Origin: a virus
Taxonomy: Duplodnaviria > Heunggongvirae > Uroviricota > Caudoviricetes
DNA length: 37,974 nucleotides
Strand: one strand, 5' to 3'
Virus record (IMG/VR): IMGVR_UViG_2778261505_000008
Location: 1 to 37,974 of that record
In this document: positions 29,631-37,974 of the stretch, in pieces
How positions within the stretch are numbered: position 1 is the stretch's first letter
Layout of the letters: each line of letters starts with the position of its first letter
The notes under the pieces: generated by a model
What the model saw: the letters and a program-made list of their open reading frames with translations, nothing else
Database searches by the model: none
Told to the model about the DNA's origin: nothing
Made by a program: the position numbers and the translations under genes

Positions 29631-29632
29631 CC

Positions 29633-30325
29633 ATGTTATATGCATTTAAGCTGGGCAGAAAACTGCGCGGCGAGGAACCTTATTGCCCTGAAAAAGGCGG
29701 GAAAGGTGGCTCCGATAAAAGCGCAAAGTATGCAGCAGAAGCTCAGAAGTATGCCGCAGACCTGCAAAATCAGCAGTTCAACACCATCATGAACAACCTG
29801 AAACCGTTTACTCCTCTGGCTGAGAAGTATGTCGGCAGCGTCGAGAACTTATCGTCTCTGGAGGGGCAAGGTCAGGCGCTTAACCAGTATTACAACTCTC
29901 AGCAGTACAAAGACCTTGCAAGTCAGGCTCGTTATCAGAGTCTGGCGGCAGCGGAAGCAACAGGTGGATTAGGTTCCACCGCAACCAGTAATCAGTTAGC
30001 AACAATCGCACCAACGCTTGGTCAGCAGTGGCTGTCTGGTCAGATGAACAACTACCAGAATCTGGCAAATATTGGTCTTGGCGCGCTTCAGGGGCAGGCA
30101 AATGCCGGGCAGACATATGCCAACAACATGAGTCAGATTTCGCAGCAAAGTGCGGCTCTTGCAGCGGCAAATGCCAACAGACCATCAGCAATGCAATCTG
30201 CTATTGGCGGGGCTGCCTCTGGAGCAATTGCTGGAGCACAGCTTGGCAGCATTGTTCCCGGTATTGGTACTGGTATTGGTGCCGCTGTTGGCGGCGGTCT
30301 TGGTCTTCTTGGTTCACTGTTTTAA
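29633..30325 (+). CDS. Ejection protein, P22 gp7-like
   Basis: ORF track 29633..30325 (+). MLYAFKLGRKLRGEEPYCPEKGGKGG...QQWLSGQMNNYQNLANIGLGALQGQANAGQTYANNMSQISQQSAALAAANANRPSAMQSAIGG... near-identical to remembered P22 gp7. Confidence 0.9.
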   Translation: MLYAFKLGRKLRGEEPYCPEKGGKGGSDKSAKYAAEAQKYAADLQNQQFNTIMNNLKPFTPLAEKYVGSVENLSSLEGQGQALNQYYNSQQYKDLASQARYQSLAAAEATGGLGSTATSNQLATIAPTLGQQWLSGQMNNYQNLANIGLGALQGQANAGQTYANNMSQISQQSAALAAANANRPSAMQSAIGGAASGAIAGAQLGSIVPGIGTGIGAAVGGGLGLLGSLF

Positions 30326-30335
30326 GGGTTAATCA

Positions 30336-31685
30336 ATGGCTACGTGGCAACAGGGTATTAATTCTGGTGGTTTTCTGGCTGGCATTGGTGCGCAAAATGA
30401 GAATGCGCCAAAAGCAAGCGACATTAACGCAACGCTTGGTCTGATCCGCGAAAACAATGAGTTGGCTCGCTCAGGTGCAAATAACGTTGGCCTGACCGCG
30501 TTACGTGGTCTGGCTGGAGTTGCTGATATTTACAATCAGGAACAGCAACAGAAAGCTATTAGTGCGTTCAATAAGGTTCACGCTGATGCATGGGCTTCTG
30601 GTGATCCATCGGGACTATTTAAGTTTGCCCAGGAAAATCCAGCGTTTGTTGCACAGGCACAACAGGCGTTTTCAGGTCTTAATGATCAGCAACGCAACGA
30701 TATGGGCGATTTAGCCATGAGAGCTAACGTCGCTCTTTCTCAGGGACCGGAAGCCTACAGTAAATTCATTACTGACAACAAGGACAGGTTAAATCGCGTT
30801 GGCGCTAATGCTGACTGGATGATTCAGACAGGTATCCAGAATCCAGAGCAGCTATCACACATGCTGACTACTATGTCTCTCGGTGCGCTTGGACCAGAAA
30901 AGGCGTTTGCTGTTCAGGATAAGATGGTTGGTCGCCAGCAGGAGCAGCAAAGAATTAACGAAACCATTCGCAATAATGACATGACGAATGCGAGGGCTAT
31001 TAGGGGGCAGGATCTTTCCTATAAGGCTCAAATGGCAAGACTGAATCACGACAAGTATGTGTTTAAGCAGTCACAGGCGGCCCTTGAAAGAGCAGGACAA
31101 CTTCAGGATATGGATGTTTTGTCTCTTAACTCACAGATAGCAGCGACGGGAATTGATCCTCTAACCGGTAAAGCTGCAACGTCAGCCAGAATGTCTCAGG
31201 CTAAGAGATGGCTTGATGGCAACAATAATTACAACAATGCGTTGATTACTGGTGAGCGAGGGATAGAGAAAATTGATTCTTTGCTTGGTAAGAAGGAGCT
31301 TGAAGGTATCGGTCGCTTCGAAGGAAGAAATATAGATGGCTTCACAAGTGCTGAAGGGCTTGCAAACCGTAATGCGATAGAAGAATTAAAGTCGGGTGCG
31401 TTTGTCCAGAACGTGCAGACTATGCGAGGTATGGGTAGCCTCTCCAATGCTGAAGGCCAAAAACTGGAAAACCTGATCGCGAAACTCGATATAACACAGC
31501 CTGAAGAGGTCGTCAGAAAACAGTTATCTGAAATCCGATCGCAATATTCTGTATTTCAAAAGGTTGCAGCAAGGGAGGCTGAATCAATGGGATATAGTTC
31601 ATCAGGTTATGACACATATGTTAGTGAGCGAAAATCAGGAAGCGACAGCAATAAGTCCGGTTTCTCGTCTTTATGGGGTGATTAA
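30336..31685 (+). CDS. Ejection protein, P22 gp20-like
   Basis: ORF track 30336..31685 (+). Synteny plus Gln/Ala-rich composition typical of P22-group gp20. Confidence 0.8.
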   Translation: MATWQQGINSGGFLAGIGAQNENAPKASDINATLGLIRENNELARSGANNVGLTALRGLAGVADIYNQEQQQKAISAFNKVHADAWASGDPSGLFKFAQENPAFVAQAQQAFSGLNDQQRNDMGDLAMRANVALSQGPEAYSKFITDNKDRLNRVGANADWMIQTGIQNPEQLSHMLTTMSLGALGPEKAFAVQDKMVGRQQEQQRINETIRNNDMTNARAIRGQDLSYKAQMARLNHDKYVFKQSQAALERAGQLQDMDVLSLNSQIAATGIDPLTGKAATSARMSQAKRWLDGNNNYNNALITGERGIEKIDSLLGKKELEGIGRFEGRNIDGFTSAEGLANRNAIEELKSGAFVQNVQTMRGMGSLSNAEGQKLENLIAKLDITQPEEVVRKQLSEIRSQYSVFQKVAAREAESMGYSSSGYDTYVSERKSGSDSNKSGFSSLWGD

Positions 31686-33844
31686 TGGCTAAAGCATGGA
31701 AAGATGTTATCGCTTCTCCACAGTATCAGGCGTTAACTGAAGAACAGAAAGCACAGGCTCAAGCGCAATATTTTAATGAGGTTGTTGCCCCTAAGGCTGG
31801 TGACAAATGGGCTGAAGCAAGAGATCAGTTTTATGCAGCATACCCTCCGCCTCAGCAGCAGAAAGAAGAACCATCATTGATGCAACAAGCTGGTGATTGG
31901 CTCACAGGTGGTCAAAGTGCAGGGCAAATTGCAGAACAGGCTGGTCGTGGTCTGGTAAACATACCATTTGACGTATTGCAGGGTGGCGCAAGTCTGATTA
32001 ATGCAATCAGCCAGGGGCTTGGCGGCCCCAAGGTTTTGGATGATGTTTATCGCCCTGTCGAGCGACCGACAGACCCTTACGCGCAAGCCGGTGAAACAAT
32101 TGGTGGGTATCTCCTGCCAATTGGCACAGCGGCAAAAGCTGCTGGAGCGACAGCAAAGCTCGCTGGAGATATCGGTTCCGCAGGAAACATGATTGCAGGT
32201 TCTCTTGCTGATGCTGCAAATCAGGAGGGCGACTTTGCACAAAATGCTGCCATTAACGGTGGTATCAATATTGGTGCTCAAGGCGTTCTTTCAGGTGTCG
32301 GGCGCGTTATTGCGCCAAGGGTTTCACAGGCTCTTGGTGGTGCAGCACTGAATTCTGCTAATGATGTTTCCAGGATGGCAAAGTCAGGTGCTGGGCGTCA
32401 GTCAATTGCCAGTCAGGCCGCTAATGTGTCCGAAGATGTAGCAAAAGCGGCTGAGTCTGCTGGAATTGATATAAACGCATTAACACCAGGAATGCGATCT
32501 GGAAGTCGTGGAATTGCACAAGCCGAAGGCGCATTGGCATCAACACCAGGAATTGTTCAGGACGCCCATCAGGCAGCATTTAACGAAATATCATCAAAGT
32601 TAAGTCGAAACCTTGATGAATTTGGGGCCGCATCTGGAACGGCATCAGAAAAAAGTGCGGCTATAAAACAAAGGATTCTTCAAAATCTTGATCAGATGAA
32701 GGATGCCGAGCGCGCGGCATGGGATGACGTGCGGTCAACGATGCCAAATCAAAAAGCAAGAATGCTAAATGGTAATGCCGTTATTCAGGCAGAGCGATCT
32801 GCTGGCATACCGCTTACTCCTGAAATGAAACAGTTTGTTCAGGCAAACAATCAAGGTGGAGTAACATTTGATGGCATGAAAGCATGGAGAGCGAAATTTG
32901 CTGATGCGGAGCAAAAATATAAGCGTAGCGGAGAGGCAAATGCGGCAAGGAGAGCAGGGGAAATACGCCGGGCAATTACTGATGATATGCGCACAATGGC
33001 GGAAAACGGCGGATTTCTTGATGACTGGCAAAAAGCTAATGATCTGTCTAAAGCGAGGTTATCAGCACAAGAGAGTGCAGAGTCTGTTTTCGGGCGTGAT
33101 TTGGCAACAGATGCACTGATTACGAATGGAGTAAAATCCCTTCAATCATCGTCAGCTAAAGGTCTTAATGGTCCTGCTGGATTCCATTCTATGATCCGCG
33201 CGCTGCCAGAATCAGAGCGTGTTCCTGCTATATCATCAATGTTGCAGGATGCCATCTCGCATGGTGTACGTGGTGGCAAAGCTGATGCAGCAGGAATTAA
33301 CCATATCGCAGGGATACTTACCCCACAAAATGTAAAAGCCATTAGCAGATATTCCTCAGATCTCGGAAGAATTGCTGATGCATATGGCACTCTTGCAAGA
33401 GCAGCAGTGAAACCTCAGCAGTATATTGAAAGAACAGGGAGAACTGCCAATGTACTACGCGATCTGGATGCTGGTTTATCCAACGTCACATCAACAGTGT
33501 TAAATGCAATTGCCAACTCAACATCAGGTGCCATTGTTGGTGGCGCTGGAGGGGGCATTGCAGGCGCTGCCGCGGGTGCTTTAGTTGGCGCTGGGTTAAA
33601 AGGCGCTGTATCTAAAATTGCCACCACACGTAGTGGCCGATATGCGATAGAGAAAGCTGTTCAGGAAGCCACCAAAGCAGTAAGAGCAGGCGGAAGCAAA
33701 GAAGCATTAGCGGCTGCGGAACGCAGATTTATAGCAAATAAGGCCGCCGTAAAAGCGATACGTGATGCAGTCGGAAACGAAGAGTTTCAGCGCTTAGCGA
33801 GGGCTGGTATTGTGGCATCGCTAAGCGGAATGGCACAGGAGTAA
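31685..33844 (+). CDS. Ejection protein, P22 gp16-like (719 aa)
   Basis: ORF track 31685..33844 (+). Last of the three ejection genes by synteny. Ala/Gly-rich. Confidence 0.75.
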   Translation: MAKAWKDVIASPQYQALTEEQKAQAQAQYFNEVVAPKAGDKWAEARDQFYAAYPPPQQQKEEPSLMQQAGDWLTGGQSAGQIAEQAGRGLVNIPFDVLQGGASLINAISQGLGGPKVLDDVYRPVERPTDPYAQAGETIGGYLLPIGTAAKAAGATAKLAGDIGSAGNMIAGSLADAANQEGDFAQNAAINGGINIGAQGVLSGVGRVIAPRVSQALGGAALNSANDVSRMAKSGAGRQSIASQAANVSEDVAKAAESAGIDINALTPGMRSGSRGIAQAEGALASTPGIVQDAHQAAFNEISSKLSRNLDEFGAASGTASEKSAAIKQRILQNLDQMKDAERAAWDDVRSTMPNQKARMLNGNAVIQAERSAGIPLTPEMKQFVQANNQGGVTFDGMKAWRAKFADAEQKYKRSGEANAARRAGEIRRAITDDMRTMAENGGFLDDWQKANDLSKARLSAQESAESVFGRDLATDALITNGVKSLQSSSAKGLNGPAGFHSMIRALPESERVPAISSMLQDAISHGVRGGKADAAGINHIAGILTPQNVKAISRYSSDLGRIADAYGTLARAAVKPQQYIERTGRTANVLRDLDAGLSNVTSTVLNAIANSTSGAIVGGAGGGIAGAAAGALVGAGLKGAVSKIATTRSGRYAIEKAVQEATKAVRAGGSKEALAAAERRFIANKAAVKAIRDAVGNEEFQRLARAGIVASLSGMAQE

Positions 33845-34168
33845 TCAATCATCCATGGATGGATTGAGCTTATCTCGTGTTGATGTGGCGATTTGCCCTA
33901 CATTCCCAAGCCAAGCTTTCAAATCCTTGATGTTGTCATTGATTTCATGAATATCTTCTTTTTTTAATCTGTCAATATCATTGACAATGATTTCAATGGA
34001 TTGCTCAATATCAGATACAGCGAATGATAGTTTGCTCTTCTCATCTTTTATTGACTTTTTAAGTAATTCGTTCTCAGTCTTGAGGTCAGATATCTTTTGC
34101 TTTAAAGATGCCAGTTGGTACTGAACCACAATGAGTGCGATAGCTATCACGATAACTGTTGTATACAC
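33845..34168 (-). CDS. Cassette gene C: N-terminal single-pass membrane anchor plus coiled coil (107 aa), GTG start
   Basis: ORF track 33845..34168 (-). GTG at 34166-34168 with AAGGAG 6 nt upstream. (M/V)YTTVIVIAIALIVVQYQLASL, then Lys/Glu/Asp-rich heptads. AT-rich. Stop abuts the gp16 stop. Confidence 0.55.
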   Translation of the reverse strand: MYTTVIVIAIALIVVQYQLASLKQKISDLKTENELLKKSIKDEKSKLSFAVSDIEQSIEIIVNDIDRLKKEDIHEINDNIKDLKAWLGNVGQIATSTRDKLNPSMDD

Positions 34169-34189
34169 ACAAATCTCCTTAGTTAGTAG

Positions 34190-34525
34190 CTATTTGGTAA
34201 CCAAGGCAATAAACAGCGGAGCAAGGATTGCAGATATCATGAGGGCGATAAGCCACTTCTGATTCTCGTCCATCTTATCTGCTAGGCGACGCTCCATTCC
34301 GTGCATGTCGCCACGGATGCCAATCAACTCTTTTCTAGTTTCTAATATTAGCTTTTCTTGGTTGGCGGCAATCGTTTCAATGCGGGTCATTCTACTGTTC
34401 ATATCTGATCCTCCTCCATTGCCGCCTCCATGTGCTGGCTCTTCTGAGTCTTCAATTCCGATGGGGGCAAATTCGCTATTCGGGAAAGGATTGTCAGCAT
34501 CGTAAGCCAACTTCAACTTAGACAT
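34190..34525 (-). CDS. Cassette gene B: tail-anchored membrane protein with coiled coil (111 aa)
   Basis: ORF track 34190..34525 (-). Soluble N-terminus with Gly-rich linker, helical core, single C-terminal TM WLIALMISAILAPLFIALVTK. Architecture reminiscent of XhlA-like proteins. Start overlaps the gene A stop by 8 nt. Confidence 0.55.
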   Translation of the reverse strand: MSKLKLAYDADNPFPNSEFAPIGIEDSEEPAHGGGNGGGSDMNSRMTRIETIAANQEKLILETRKELIGIRGDMHGMERRLADKMDENQKWLIALMISAILAPLFIALVTK

Positions 34526-34883
34526 TGCTGTTTTTCTCCCTTAGATACCAGCTTAACACAACACCTGTGTTGTACTGCATAATGTATCCGCAATGCTTGC
34601 AAATTACATGATAAGAGTAATTTATTGGGTTGAATGATTCATCTTCGTTTTTTATATATTCACCATAATGGGCATGCCTACCCATGATGTCTTTTCCATT
34701 ATCCTGATTTACAAATTGAACTTGAGGGACAACCATTTCAGACTGCCCGCACATTGGGCATTCGTCTGGAACACCTTTAGCTCTCAAGAAAGAGTCGAGA
34801 ACCTTTGTAGTTATAGACGATAGCGCCTTGCGATATTCACCCTCTCGCAGTTGATCGTCTGAGTATCCTGAATTGTCACTCAT
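34518..34883 (-). CDS. Cassette gene A: zinc-ribbon protein (121 aa)
   Basis: ORF track 34518..34883 (-). Two CxxC pairs (ECPMCGQ and ICKHCGY). ATGA overlap with the mnt-like stop. No TM segment. Confidence 0.6.
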   Translation of the reverse strand: MSDNSGYSDDQLREGEYRKALSSITTKVLDSFLRAKGVPDECPMCGQSEMVVPQVQFVNQDNGKDIMGRHAHYGEYIKNEDESFNPINYSYHVICKHCGYIMQYNTGVVLSWYLREKNSNV

Positions 34884-35131
34884 TTTTCATCCTTACCATA
34901 CATGGTCTTTAGCGTCTCAACATCGCGTTCAAGATCTATCAATCGTGATGCTATAGTTGCAAGGTCTAGTGCTTGAATGTGTTTATTTTTTTCGGTCCAC
35001 GCTTCAAGTGCCGCGACCATCTCAGCATTTAATGAACGAGAATTAGCCTCAGCCAGTTCAATAAGACGTTCCTTTATCTCTACAGGAAGCCTCAGATTCA
35101 CTTGAGGGTTTTTGTACTTACGATCAGACAT
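34880..35131 (-). CDS. mnt: Mnt-like ribbon-helix-helix repressor (83 aa)
   Basis: ORF track 34880..35131 (-). ...VNLRLPVEIKERLIELAEANSRSLNAEMVAALEAW... parallels the remembered P22 Mnt RHH motif. Same length as Mnt, divergent from arc/ant. Confidence 0.8.
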   Translation of the reverse strand: MSDRKYKNPQVNLRLPVEIKERLIELAEANSRSLNAEMVAALEAWTEKNKHIQALDLATIASRLIDLERDVETLKTMYGKDEK

Positions 35132-35236
35132 CGGCGCATCCTGAATAATTTTTTACCACAGGATATGTAGGTATCTATTGACTATCAATGCGTACCTAAA
35201 TACTATGTATGCGTACCACATACAACGGAGGATGCA
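35132..35236. promoter_or_regulatory. Divergent promoter/operator region between mnt and arc-ant
   Basis: 105-bp AT-rich intergenic region with a direct repeat tgcgtacc (35189-35196 and 35210-35217) and several short imperfect dyads. Individual operators not resolved. Confidence 0.4.
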
Positions 35237-35377
35237 ATGAAGGTAAAAACACTGCGTATGCCAGAGAAGCTAGAAAAAATTCTTGAAGAAAAAGCAAAGG
35301 AAGAGTGTCGCTCATTCAGCGCAGAAGTAATTAAACGGGTGCTGGACAGCCTGAGGAGAGAGGGGATAACGGTGTGA
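35237..35377 (+). CDS. arc: Arc-like ribbon-helix-helix protein (46 aa)
   Basis: Not in the ORF track. ATG at 35237 with GGAGG 5 nt upstream, frame verified codon by codon to TGA at 35375-35377. MKVKTLRMPEKLEKILEEKAKEECRSFSAEVIKRVLDSLRREGITV. Confidence 0.6.
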   Translation: MKVKTLRMPEKLEKILEEKAKEECRSFSAEVIKRVLDSLRREGITV

Positions 35378-35475
35378 TTCGCTTGGATGCGGCAAAGAAA
35401 TCAAAACAGTGAAGCCCCAACTGCGGGAACAGTCAGGGCTTCGGTATCGTAAAACCACGCATAGGAATTAACGAC

Positions 35476-36399
35476 ATGAAAAGTATAGCAACAGCAGTAT
35501 CTACTATCAATGTACCATTCCACGGCGCAGAGCTTTATGTTGTCAATCACAACGGCGAACCGTATACCCCAATGAAACCTATCGTTGAGGGAATGGGGCT
35601 AGACTGGAAATCTCAACATAAGAAGATTTCTCAACGCTTCTCGAAGGGTATGGTGGAAATCACCATACCTTCTGCCGGTGGGGTGCAAGCCATGATTTGT
35701 ATGGCTTTACGAAAATTGGCAGCTTGGTTGAACAGCATCAGTCCTAACAAAGTCCGCCCTGAAATCCGCGACAAGGTAATCCAGTATCAGGAAGAGTGTG
35801 ACGATGTGCTCTACGAGTACTGGACTAAAGGCCATGTAGTTAACCCACGCAAAGCTAAAAAGGCGTTGCCGGGTAAAATCACCACTGAACAGCAGGAAGC
35901 CATTAAACAACTCGTCATGAGTCGCGGTCAGTCTCTGCCAAAAGAAAAACAGGCTAAGGCGATGATCACCATGTGGTCGTCACTGAAATCCCATTTTGGA
36001 TGTTCGTACAAAGAAATCAGTGAGGAGCAGTTTACCGAAGCACTATCACTTGCAGCTCGAGTTCCACTTGAAGGTGAGTTCATTGGCAAACAAGAGAAGA
36101 AAACAAACGAGCTTTCTGCAAAAGAAGCAAACAGCCTTGTATGGTTATGGGATTATGCCAACCGCTCACAGGCATTATTCCGCGAACTGTATCCGGCGCT
36201 AAAACAAATTCAATCGAACTATTCCGGCAGATGCTACGACTACGGTCATGAATTCTCGTATGTTATCGGAATGGCGAGAGACGTTTTAATAAACCACACA
36301 CGAGATGTTGATATCAATGAGCCAGATGGACCAACGAATCTTTCCGCATGGATGAGACTTAAGAATAAAGAATTACCTCCTTCAGTACATAACTACTGA
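35476..36399 (+). CDS. ant: Antirepressor Ant
   Basis: ORF track 35476..36399 (+). Size about 300 aa, position after arc, N-terminal antirepressor-like domain. Confidence 0.8.
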   Translation: MKSIATAVSTINVPFHGAELYVVNHNGEPYTPMKPIVEGMGLDWKSQHKKISQRFSKGMVEITIPSAGGVQAMICMALRKLAAWLNSISPNKVRPEIRDKVIQYQEECDDVLYEYWTKGHVVNPRKAKKALPGKITTEQQEAIKQLVMSRGQSLPKEKQAKAMITMWSSLKSHFGCSYKEISEEQFTEALSLAARVPLEGEFIGKQEKKTNELSAKEANSLVWLWDYANRSQALFRELYPALKQIQSNYSGRCYDYGHEFSYVIGMARDVLINHTRDVDINEPDGPTNLSAWMRLKNKELPPSVHNY

Positions 36400-36417
36400 C
36401 AGATAAACAATGCAACG

Positions 36418-36441
36418 ACCCAGCTTCGGCTGGGTTTTTTT
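36418..36441 (+). terminator. Rho-independent terminator after ant
   Basis: acccagc-ttcg-gctgggt (7-bp perfect stem, tetraloop) followed by 7 T. Confidence 0.7.
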
Positions 36442-36509
36442 ATGCCCAAAATTCACCGTAGCCATGCTGCGGCGATTCCTTGCATCTGGAGCAAATTAAA
36501 TGACAGACA

Positions 36510-37010
36510 TTACCTACTCAACAGATGGTCAGCAACCATGTTTGCTGCCTTATAAGCTATAGCCGCTTCATCAATGGTGTTGAATCTCCCAAGGGTTATG
36601 TTTTTACCTGAGACATTTATCTGAGCTTGCCATTGATTTCTGGCTTGACAGAAAGTTACCCCCTTGATTCCAGCATTGCTATTTCGAGGTCCGACATTTA
36701 ATGCATTTACGACTCTGCTGACATCCCTAAGGTTTGAGATTGCGTTATTTCTTCTGTTTCTATCAATGTGGTCAATCTCTTGTTTGGGCCATTCGCCATA
36801 TACATACAGCCAGGCAAGTCTATGTGCAAAATATCTTACGCCATCAATATTAATTGCGTTATATCCATAAGAAATTGTGCCAGCAACTTTCCCAACAGCA
36901 CCTCTGGCGCTTAATTTCTTTTTCCAAGTGAAAATTCCTGTTTCTTTATTGTAATCGAGAACCTCCATAAGGCGCTCCCGAGTTACTACCTCGTGACGTC
37001 TCTTACTCAT
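36510..37010 (-). CDS. HNH endonuclease, paralog of the ninB-associated one
   Basis: ORF track 36510..37052 (-), trimmed to the ATG at 37008-37010 with GGAG 6 nt upstream. ...TGIFTWKKK...[35 protein letters not shown]...[18 protein letters not shown]... is collinear with the 13114-13701 protein. AT-rich. Confidence 0.8.
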   Translation of the reverse strand: MSKRRHEVVTRERLMEVLDYNKETGIFTWKKKLSARGAVGKVAGTISYGYNAINIDGVRYFAHRLAWLYVYGEWPKQEIDHIDRNRRNNAISNLRDVSRVVNALNVGPRNSNAGIKGVTFCQARNQWQAQINVSGKNITLGRFNTIDEAAIAYKAANMVADHLLSR

Positions 37011-37032
37011 TATTTTCTCCGGAATGTTTATT

Positions 37033-37974
37033 ATGCCAGAACAATTATACAACGTAGTTGTTTCACAACCAAGTCAGTTATTTACTTTAGCTCGCTCGTT
37101 TAAAGCAAATGCCAATGGCAAAATTTATATCGGTAAAATTGACACTGACCCAGTAAATCCAGAAAACCAGATTCAGGTTTATGTAGAGAACGAAGATGGC
37201 TCTCACGTTCCTGTTTCGCAACCAATCATCATTAACGCTGCTGGATATCCGGTATATAACGGGCAGATTGCCAAGTTCGTTACTGTGCAAGGGCATTCTA
37301 TGGCTGTTTATGATGCATATGGAGCGCAGCAGTTTTATTTTCCGAATGTGCTGAAGTATGACCCGGATCAGTTAAGACAAGAGTTAGCAACAGAGGGTAA
37401 TGAAATACTTGTTGACGACTCCCGTATTGCAGTTAAAAGTGTTCATGTAAATTCAAAACTTAGAACCCAGCACAATAAAAACGCAGAAATAATCACGCCA
37501 AATGATTTTATATCAAATTATGACATGATATCTGCAGCTATTAACTCTGGAGATAGTGCCGCAGTATTTAATTCCAGGTATGCATTCACAATAACAGTTG
37601 GGGAATATGGTAATTTTAAATCTATTAGTGATGCTCTAAACTCGGCTGTTGCACTGCGTCCACTATGGAAAAATGGCATTGACTTTTGCATAATTAAAAT
37701 TCTTTCCGGTTTTGTGCTCAATGAGCAAATAGAAATTTCAGCAGGATGTGACTTATCATGGATTAAAATAATATCAGAAGACTCAGTGGTTTTCTCTGAC
37801 ACTCGTTTGTTTACTAAAACTGTTAGGACGTATTACGAATACAAATATTTATTTTACATTTGCGATGCAGCAAAAAGTCCTGTATTTGCTATTCAGATTG
37901 AAGAAAATAGAGATGATAGCGATGTTTGTGCATTTATTGTAACTCAAAAAGCTGAACTTAATTTCTATCCGTAT
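37033..37974 (+). CDS. Tailspike protein, 5' partial (314 codons, runs off the window end)
   Basis: Not in the ORF track because no stop lies within the window. ATG at 37033, open frame to 37974. N-terminus [97 protein letters not shown]... matches the conserved head-binding domain of P22/Sf6-group tailspikes. Later sequence diverges and is AT-rich. Confidence 0.85.
   Translation, partial: MPEQLYNVVVSQPSQLFTLARSFKANANGKIYIGKIDTDPVNPENQIQVYVENEDGSHVPVSQPIIINAAGYPVYNGQIAKFVTVQGHSMAVYDAYGAQQFYFPNVLKYDPDQLRQELATEGNEILVDDSRIAVKSVHVNSKLRTQHNKNAEIITPNDFISNYDMISAAINSGDSAAVFNSRYAFTITVGEYGNFKSISDALNSAVALRPLWKNGIDFCIIKILSGFVLNEQIEISAGCDLSWIKIISEDSVVFSDTRLFTKTVRTYYEYKYLFYICDAAKSPVFAIQIEENRDDSDVCAFIVTQKAELNFYPY

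Overview
This window reads as one near-complete lambdoid prophage, running from the integrase stop codon (position 1) to the 5' part of a tailspike gene that continues past the window end; the attachment site is outside the window. It is a mosaic, with assignments based on reading the six-frame translations against remembered phage proteins (no database search was possible). From left to right: lambda-like int/xis and a leftward early operon (1-7948, minus strand) with N, Ea10, cIII, a Kil-like ORF, a Rad52-like annealing protein and SSB; a phage-434-type immunity region (8059-9643) with cI, cro and six ACAA-N6-TTGT operators, flanked by nutL and nutR; cII, an O-like initiator with internal origin iterons, and a primase-helicase fusion; a nin region (13114-17065) with an HNH endonuclease inserted at the 5' end of ninB, a Dam-like methyltransferase, NinE/F/H, Rha, RusA and Q; two tRNA genes; a phage-21-type lysis cassette (holin, SAR endolysin, Rz/Rz1); and a P22/Sf6-like head and ejection module (terminase, portal, scaffold, coat, gp4, gp10, gp26, gp14, gp7, gp20, gp16) followed by an immI-like mnt/arc/ant region and the tailspike. 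The most interesting material is cargo in classical moron slots. The best candidate for an undescribed system is a low-GC, translationally coupled three-gene cassette downstream of the Mnt-like repressor gene (33845-34883), encoding a zinc-ribbon protein and two single-pass membrane coiled-coil proteins in the position where P22 carries sieA. Other candidates are a secreted protein coupled to cI in the rex slot, a rightward zinc-ribbon gene between N and Ea10, a DUF2829-like protein after the lysis genes, two paralogous HNH endonucleases, and an SSB whose conserved DDDIPF tip is followed by 15 extra residues. All start sites, the two tRNA calls and all family assignments need confirmation by tRNAscan/Infernal, HMM searches and BLAST.
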